20,000 nucleotides of DNA, taken from IMG/VR virus record IMGVR_UViG_3300017747_003095. One strand, 5' to 3'. Every line of letters starts with the position of its first letter. Within the stretch, counting starts at the first letter, position 1. The translations under genes were made by a program, and so were the position numbers. The DNA is from an uncultured virus (IMG/VR IMGVR_UViG_3300017747_003095) (taxonomy: Duplodnaviria; Heunggongvirae; Uroviricota; Caudoviricetes). Positions 15,928 to 20,000 of the stretch are shown here, one piece after another. The notes under the pieces were generated by a model. That model was not told the DNA's origin. It saw only the letters and a list, made by a program, of their open reading frames with translations, and did no database searches.

Positions 15928-17106
15928 ATGGCACTTACAGAATACATCATAACATCAGCAGGAGGTACAATCAACACATACCTAGATAGAGGTTTTATTA
16001 TCTCGTCTCCTGCGCCCGTTACGCTTGCTGCTAGCTTTTCTATTGTACCGACATTGCCACTGACGAATACTCCAATAACAATCAGATGGAATGCGTCTGT
16101 TAGCCTAAATACATTCATAATTACCATTGGAGGTATTTCGGTAAATCAAGACCAGGTAAACCAGCCAGGTACGTTCGAGTTGCTTTATGACGGGGCTGCA
16201 TATACCTTGCAGTATTTCCCAGACTTCGCCGAAAGGCCGCAGGAGACATTCGGTGTTACAACCCTATTAGTCCCTGCTGCAGCAACTCCGCTAACGATTA
16301 CCCCGGGAACTAGTACTAGGACATACGTACTTACAGGGCCGACCGTTCTATTAGGAAACTATGTGGTAGATGGTTCTACTGCTGGCGTTACTAACGGATC
16401 ATCTGTTAGGGTTGTGATTGCAGGAGGCATTACCACGGGTCTTAATACGGTAACCGTGTTCGGGCTCCAGATCTCTAAATACGACTGCTTTAATGGCGGT
16501 GTTGAGGTTTATGCTGAGTACAACGCTACGACATTAGCTTACGTTGCTACCTACGTAAACAAGAATGTTCCGCTAGGGAAACTGTCTACTACAGGTTTTG
16601 TTTCCGGTGACAATGGCAAGCTAGTATCATACGACTTTGCTACAGATTCTTTTGTGGCGGCTTTCTTGTCTGGCACAAATCTTCCGTCGACATTCAAAGG
16701 GATCAACATAACAACGGTAACGGTTCCATCTGCTAGGCTTTTGACAGGGAATACTGTTCCCGTTACAATCGTTCCAGCATCTGGGTCAACCTCAGTGGTT
16801 GAAGTTCCGCTAATGTTTATCGTAAGATATATCGCAGGAACAGCCGCATACACTACCAATACAGATGTCCTTTTCGAATACACTGGCCCATCTGCTACGC
16901 AAAAGATCTGTACGAAAACTAATATGCTAGGCTTTACAACGTCTGGTATAGATGTTATTATGCCAGACAATTACAACCTACTAGGATCACCAGCGATCAT
17001 CCTTACGCCAAACTTCCCTATCAATATGAGGGTACAGACGAGCAATCCTCTAGCGGGGGACGGGTCGATTGTGGTGTATGCTATTACGACAACACTAAAC
17101 ATCTGA
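15928..17106 (+). CDS. Beta-rich virion structural protein (392 aa), Thr/Val/Gly-rich, likely tail/baseplate or decoration
   Basis: ATG 1 nt after the previous TAA; very low charge; apparent duplicated N-terminal domain and a C-terminal beta-sandwich-like domain (TVTVPSARLL...PVTIVPA...NPLAGDGSIVVY). Confidence 0.72.
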   Translation: MALTEYIITSAGGTINTYLDRGFIISSPAPVTLAASFSIVPTLPLTNTPITIRWNASVSLNTFIITIGGISVNQDQVNQPGTFELLYDGAAYTLQYFPDFAERPQETFGVTTLLVPAAATPLTITPGTSTRTYVLTGPTVLLGNYVVDGSTAGVTNGSSVRVVIAGGITTGLNTVTVFGLQISKYDCFNGGVEVYAEYNATTLAYVATYVNKNVPLGKLSTTGFVSGDNGKLVSYDFATDSFVAAFLSGTNLPSTFKGINITTVTVPSARLLTGNTVPVTIVPASGSTSVVEVPLMFIVRYIAGTAAYTTNTDVLFEYTGPSATQKICTKTNMLGFTTSGIDVIMPDNYNLLGSPAIILTPNFPINMRVQTSNPLAGDGSIVVYAITTTLNI

Positions 17107-17109
17107 TAG

Positions 17110-17493
17110 ATGCAGCTCTACACTAGCGATGATGTTTTAAAGAGGGCTTGGATAGCAGATTCCAAGCAGGCGGATCTAATGATCGACGCTATCGCTGCAT
17201 CGTATAGTGGCAATGTAGATCAATTTAATTGCATCTTTAGTAGTGTAGCAAACCTGCACTGGCTTAGCGAAGCGTTGAAGTGCTATAGAATTATCGGTGA
17301 TTTTGACATAAATGACTTCGATAACAATGACTTTAATGTGATTGGTTTGAATTGTTTGACTCAAGAAAACCTTCAAGGGATAATTCTTAAAATAGAAAAC
17401 ATTGTAGGGCTTTTGTGTGGATGCGATCCAGAGGCTTTGATAAATGATTCTCTTCCAGATATAATCAAGTACACAGACGAAAAATACTACTAG
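17110..17493 (+). CDS. Small acidic Cys-containing hypothetical phage protein (127 aa)
   Basis: TGA-TAG-ATG junction; five Cys including NCLTQE...LLCGC; internal DFDIN-DFDNN-DFN repeat. Confidence 0.75.
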   Translation: MQLYTSDDVLKRAWIADSKQADLMIDAIAASYSGNVDQFNCIFSSVANLHWLSEALKCYRIIGDFDINDFDNNDFNVIGLNCLTQENLQGIILKIENIVGLLCGCDPEALINDSLPDIIKYTDEKYY

Positions 17494-17498
17494 TTACC

Positions 17499-19034
17499 AT
17501 GGCAACACAATCACAAATCCAAGCGTTAATAAACCAGATTCAGACCGGAGCTAGTTATACTGCCAATGCGCTAAACACGTTGATGAATAACCTGCTAGGG
17601 ACTATATTTAGTCCTTTCTATTCAGCGGCGGGAAAGCCCGACACGTTGAGTAATCAGACACAGGGTTTTAAGGCTGGTAGCCTAGGGGTGGATACCAACA
17701 ATGATAGGATTTATGCGTGTTCATCTTCTACTGACTCAACTGCTACATGGGATCAAATAACCCAGGATAGAGCCGTGTCAAGTATAGTAGCATCTATTGG
17801 CGGTACATTGACCCTAAATGACTCTGATGCATTTGTTACATATAGTGGATCACAAGATGGAGTTACGGTAAATCTTCCCGTTGCAGCGAATTCATATTCT
17901 GGCAAGATTGTTAAGGTTTACTTTGACGCTGTTTCAACAAGCGGGCCTGGTGTAGAGTTTGTTGTTCCAGAGCTATCTCCATACACAGTCTTGTTTGCTA
18001 ATGTCTATCAAAATAATAACGTAATCGATTTTATATTTGATGGAAGTACATGGGCTGGATACTTTTCAAGTGCAAGCGGGCAAGACCTACAATCTGTATA
18101 TGATACAGGAAATGATATAAACACATATCAACTAAGGATAGACGATTCAAGTACTGATAATCTATATATTGGAAAAAATGATGGAACTCTTTCTGGTAGT
18201 CTTAATATTGCCATAGGAAAATATGCACTTAACAGTTACAGTCAATCTAATGGGATTGGCATTGGCGTTGAAGCTGGCGGTGGTAGCAGTGGTAACGGCT
18301 CTATATCAATTGGTAATCTAGCTGGTAAACTTTCTAGTCATTCGGGATCAATATCTATAGGAGGCGCTGCAAACGCATCTTCTACTGTAGGTGGAAATAC
18401 AATAGCTATTGGCACTAATGCTGGACTTACTAATACAGCCCTTAACTCAATATTCATCGGCAATTCTTCTGGTAATCAGTCTGGAGGAACAGGTAATATT
18501 ATGATTGGCGAAAATGCTGGATATGTGCCCTCTAATACTATTGATTATTCTATATTTATTGGAGCGGAGGCAGGTCAATCTGCGCAAGCAGGTTCTGACT
18601 ATTCAGTTTCAATAGGATATCAGGCTGGTCAAACGTCAACAGGAGACAATACTGTACACATAGGAAGAGGGGCTGGTAAATCAAGCGTTGGCTCTAGCAA
18701 TGTGTTTTTAGGATATAATGCTGGAATCCAGAATACTGGAGGTAATTGTGTATTTTTAGGGCTTAATTCTGGCGCAAATAATACTGGGACTAACACTTCG
18801 GCATTGGGCACTGGCACCGCATCCGGGAACACTGGAAGCAATTGTGTTATATTAGGTAGCCTTGGCGGAGCTGGCAATACGATATCTAACGCTACAATTA
18901 TATCGAACAACAGTCTTCCGGAGTATGCTAGCCATGCTGCTGCTGTAACTGCCTTTAGCGCTGGTTCCTCTGGAGACACCTACCTATATTACAACAGCAC
19001 AAACTTCGCTATTGAAGGCGTAAGAATACCATAA
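17499..19034 (+). CDS. Tail fibre/receptor-binding-like protein (511 aa) with YadA-head-like beta-roll repeats
   Basis: About 15 repeats of (N/S)x(A/F/S)(I/L)GxxAG with mostly 16-aa period; FIFDGSTW domain end and QDLQSVYDTGN neck-like motif upstream. Confidence 0.78.
   Translation: MATQSQIQALINQIQTGASYTANALNTLMNNLLGTIFSPFYSAAGKPDTLSNQTQGFKAGSLGVDTNNDRIYACSSSTDSTATWDQITQDRAVSSIVASIGGTLTLNDSDAFVTYSGSQDGVTVNLPVAANSYSGKIVKVYFDAVSTSGPGVEFVVPELSPYTVLFANVYQNNNVIDFIFDGSTWAGYFSSASGQDLQSVYDTGNDINTYQLRIDDSSTDNLYIGKNDGTLSGSLNIAIGKYALNSYSQSNGIGIGVEAGGGSSGNGSISIGNLAGKLSSHSGSISIGGAANASSTVGGNTIAIGTNAGLTNTALNSIFIGNSSGNQSGGTGNIMIGENAGYVPSNTIDYSIFIGAEAGQSAQAGSDYSVSIGYQAGQTSTGDNTVHIGRGAGKSSVGSSNVFLGYNAGIQNTGGNCVFLGLNSGANNTGTNTSALGTGTASGNTGSNCVILGSLGGAGNTISNATIISNNSLPEYASHAAAVTAFSAGSSGDTYLYYNSTNFAIEGVRIP
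18159..18870 (+). repeat. Beta-roll repeat array (xIxIGxxAG), ~15 units
   Basis: NLYIG, NIAIG, GIGIG, SISIG, SISIG, TIAIG, SIFIG, NIMIG, SIFIG, SVSIG, TVHIG, NVFLG, CVFLG, TSALG, CVILG. Confidence 0.85.
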
Positions 19035-19038
19035 CATA

Positions 19039-20000
19039 ATGTCTGAAGTAAGGAAGAGAGTAGCTTTACCGCTAGTTGGCTCTGATATATTTCAGGTCAT
19101 CCGCCCTAGTCAAAATAGTAGCCAGCTACTAGACGTAACCCTGTCTCAGCTGTATTCATTTATAACGGCTCAGTTCGGTGGCGGTGGTGTCACTAGCGTA
19201 AACGGCCAGACAGGTGTCGTGGTGCTAGCACTAGACGACATATCTGACGTCAATACCCCCTCGCCCACTGCCGGGCAGATCTTGCAATGGAACGGTACTA
19301 ACTGGATCTCTGCAACCGTAGGCGCCGCTGCATGGGGGACCATAGGTACGGGCACGGGCGTAGGAAGTCAGGCTGACTTGGTTGCTTATCTACTAGCAAA
19401 TTACCAGCCGCTAGGTAGTTATGTTCCCAGTACTAGAACGATAACCATCAACGGCCTTCCGCAGGATCTAAGCGCAAACAGATCATGGAGTGTCGGAACG
19501 GTTACGGGAGTAACGGCAACAGGCCCTATTACATCATCAGGAGGAACGGCGCCTGTCATATCTACATCTATGGCTACAAATAAGCTAATAGGTAGAGGAA
19601 CAGCAGGGACAGGTGTAATGGAGGAGATAACGCTAGGCACAGGGTTGTCATTATCAGGAACTACCTTAAACGCAACAGGCGGTGGAGTTTCTCCTCTAAC
19701 AACAAAGGGCGATCTATACACATTTGACACTGCTGATACAAGGCTTCCTGTAGGATTACCTACGCAAGTTTTATTGGCAGATCCTTCTACAGCAACAGGG
19801 CTTAAATGGGGCAACAATACAACGCCTCCTGCAACGGGTTATTATGGTCAGTATTTTTCTTACGTCACCCAGTCTGCAACTACAGCCAATGTAGGAAAGG
19901 CAATGATATTTGAAACTCTTGATTTATCAAATGGAATCACGGTAGTTACAGACGGAACGGCATTAACTAAGATTACATTTGCTAATACAGGAATTTACAA
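19039..20000 (+). CDS. 3'-truncated modular tail fibre protein (>320 aa), absent from the ORF track
   Basis: ATG at 19039, 4 nt after the previous TAA. I translated it open to the window end: MSEVRKRVALPLVGSDIFQV...GVTSVNGQTGVVVL...LDDISDVNTPSPTAGQILQWNGTNW...VPSTRTITINGLPQDLSANRSW...PLTTKGDLYT...TGLKW...YYGQYFS...ITFANTGIY. These are typical phage fibre shaft modules. Confidence 0.85.
   Translation, partial: MSEVRKRVALPLVGSDIFQVIRPSQNSSQLLDVTLSQLYSFITAQFGGGGVTSVNGQTGVVVLALDDISDVNTPSPTAGQILQWNGTNWISATVGAAAWGTIGTGTGVGSQADLVAYLLANYQPLGSYVPSTRTITINGLPQDLSANRSWSVGTVTGVTATGPITSSGGTAPVISTSMATNKLIGRGTAGTGVMEEITLGTGLSLSGTTLNATGGGVSPLTTKGDLYTFDTADTRLPVGLPTQVLLADPSTATGLKWGNNTTPPATGYYGQYFSYVTQSATTANVGKAMIFETLDLSNGITVVTDGTALTKITFANTGIY

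Larger units (their letters stand above)
1..20000 (+). mobile_element. Segment of a tailed dsDNA bacteriophage genome (virion cargo + tail/structural module), probably infecting Bacteroidota
   Basis: All long ORFs are on the + strand with 1-9 nt gaps (one 50-nt gap). Contents are a giant polyvalent-type protein, a collagen repeat, beta-roll and fibre motifs. No housekeeping genes. No SD motifs before starts; TAnnTTTG element at 14333. Free phage versus prophage cannot be determined from this window. Confidence 0.88.

Noticed and set aside
17296..17316. GDFDIND as an RNA polymerase DxDxD catalytic motif
   Set aside because: It is in a 127-aa protein, lacks the third correctly spaced Asp, and is part of a DFxxN micro-repeat.
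19..19817. The many minus-strand ORFs of 60-187 aa in the ORF track
   Set aside because: All lie antisense to long + strand genes, have the F/S/L/I-rich or mirror composition typical of shadow frames, and show no recognisable motifs.
7039..19981. Intragenic TAnnTTTG matches (7039, 18032, 19974)
   Set aside because: They lie inside coding sequence with no visible nearby downstream gene start and are expected by chance at this AT content.
1..20000. CRISPR array, tRNA/rRNA, integrase/transposase, intein or diversity-generating retroelement
   Set aside because: I saw no regularly spaced repeats, RNA-gene signatures, recombinase or RT motifs, intein splice motifs, or adenine-specific TR/VR pair by eye; short structured RNAs cannot be excluded without a covariance search.

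Overview
The whole window reads as one co-directional (+ strand), tightly packed virion-morphogenesis region of a tailed dsDNA phage, most likely with a Bacteroidota host (A-rich starts without Shine-Dalgarno sites, and a TAnnTTTG -7 promoter element in the only sizeable intergenic gap). It holds the 3' part of a probable ejection/cargo protein gene (<2-1489), a 4270-aa 'large polyvalent'-type protein gene (1499-14311), and a structural cluster (14362->20000) of Cys-rich small proteins, a collagen-containing protein, a beta-rich protein and two tail-fibre-like proteins. The last fibre gene runs off the window and is missing from the ORF track. The giant protein has three HExxH metallopeptidase-like modules and an LPD23-like domain. 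The most interesting signals lie inside the giant gene. (1) A compact basic 57-aa ORF (MPFKSKQQVKYLYSQEPEVAKRW...) sits in the +1 frame over an acidic linker and looks like a real overprinted gene. (2) A TSKSSK motif occurs four times exactly plus one TSKSAR variant, at module boundaries where GC content shifts. Two copies form a ~30-nt direct repeat around a low-GC cassette. This suggests a modular polyprotein whose cassettes are exchanged and possibly proteolytically released. All family assignments come from motif recognition by eye; no database search was run.
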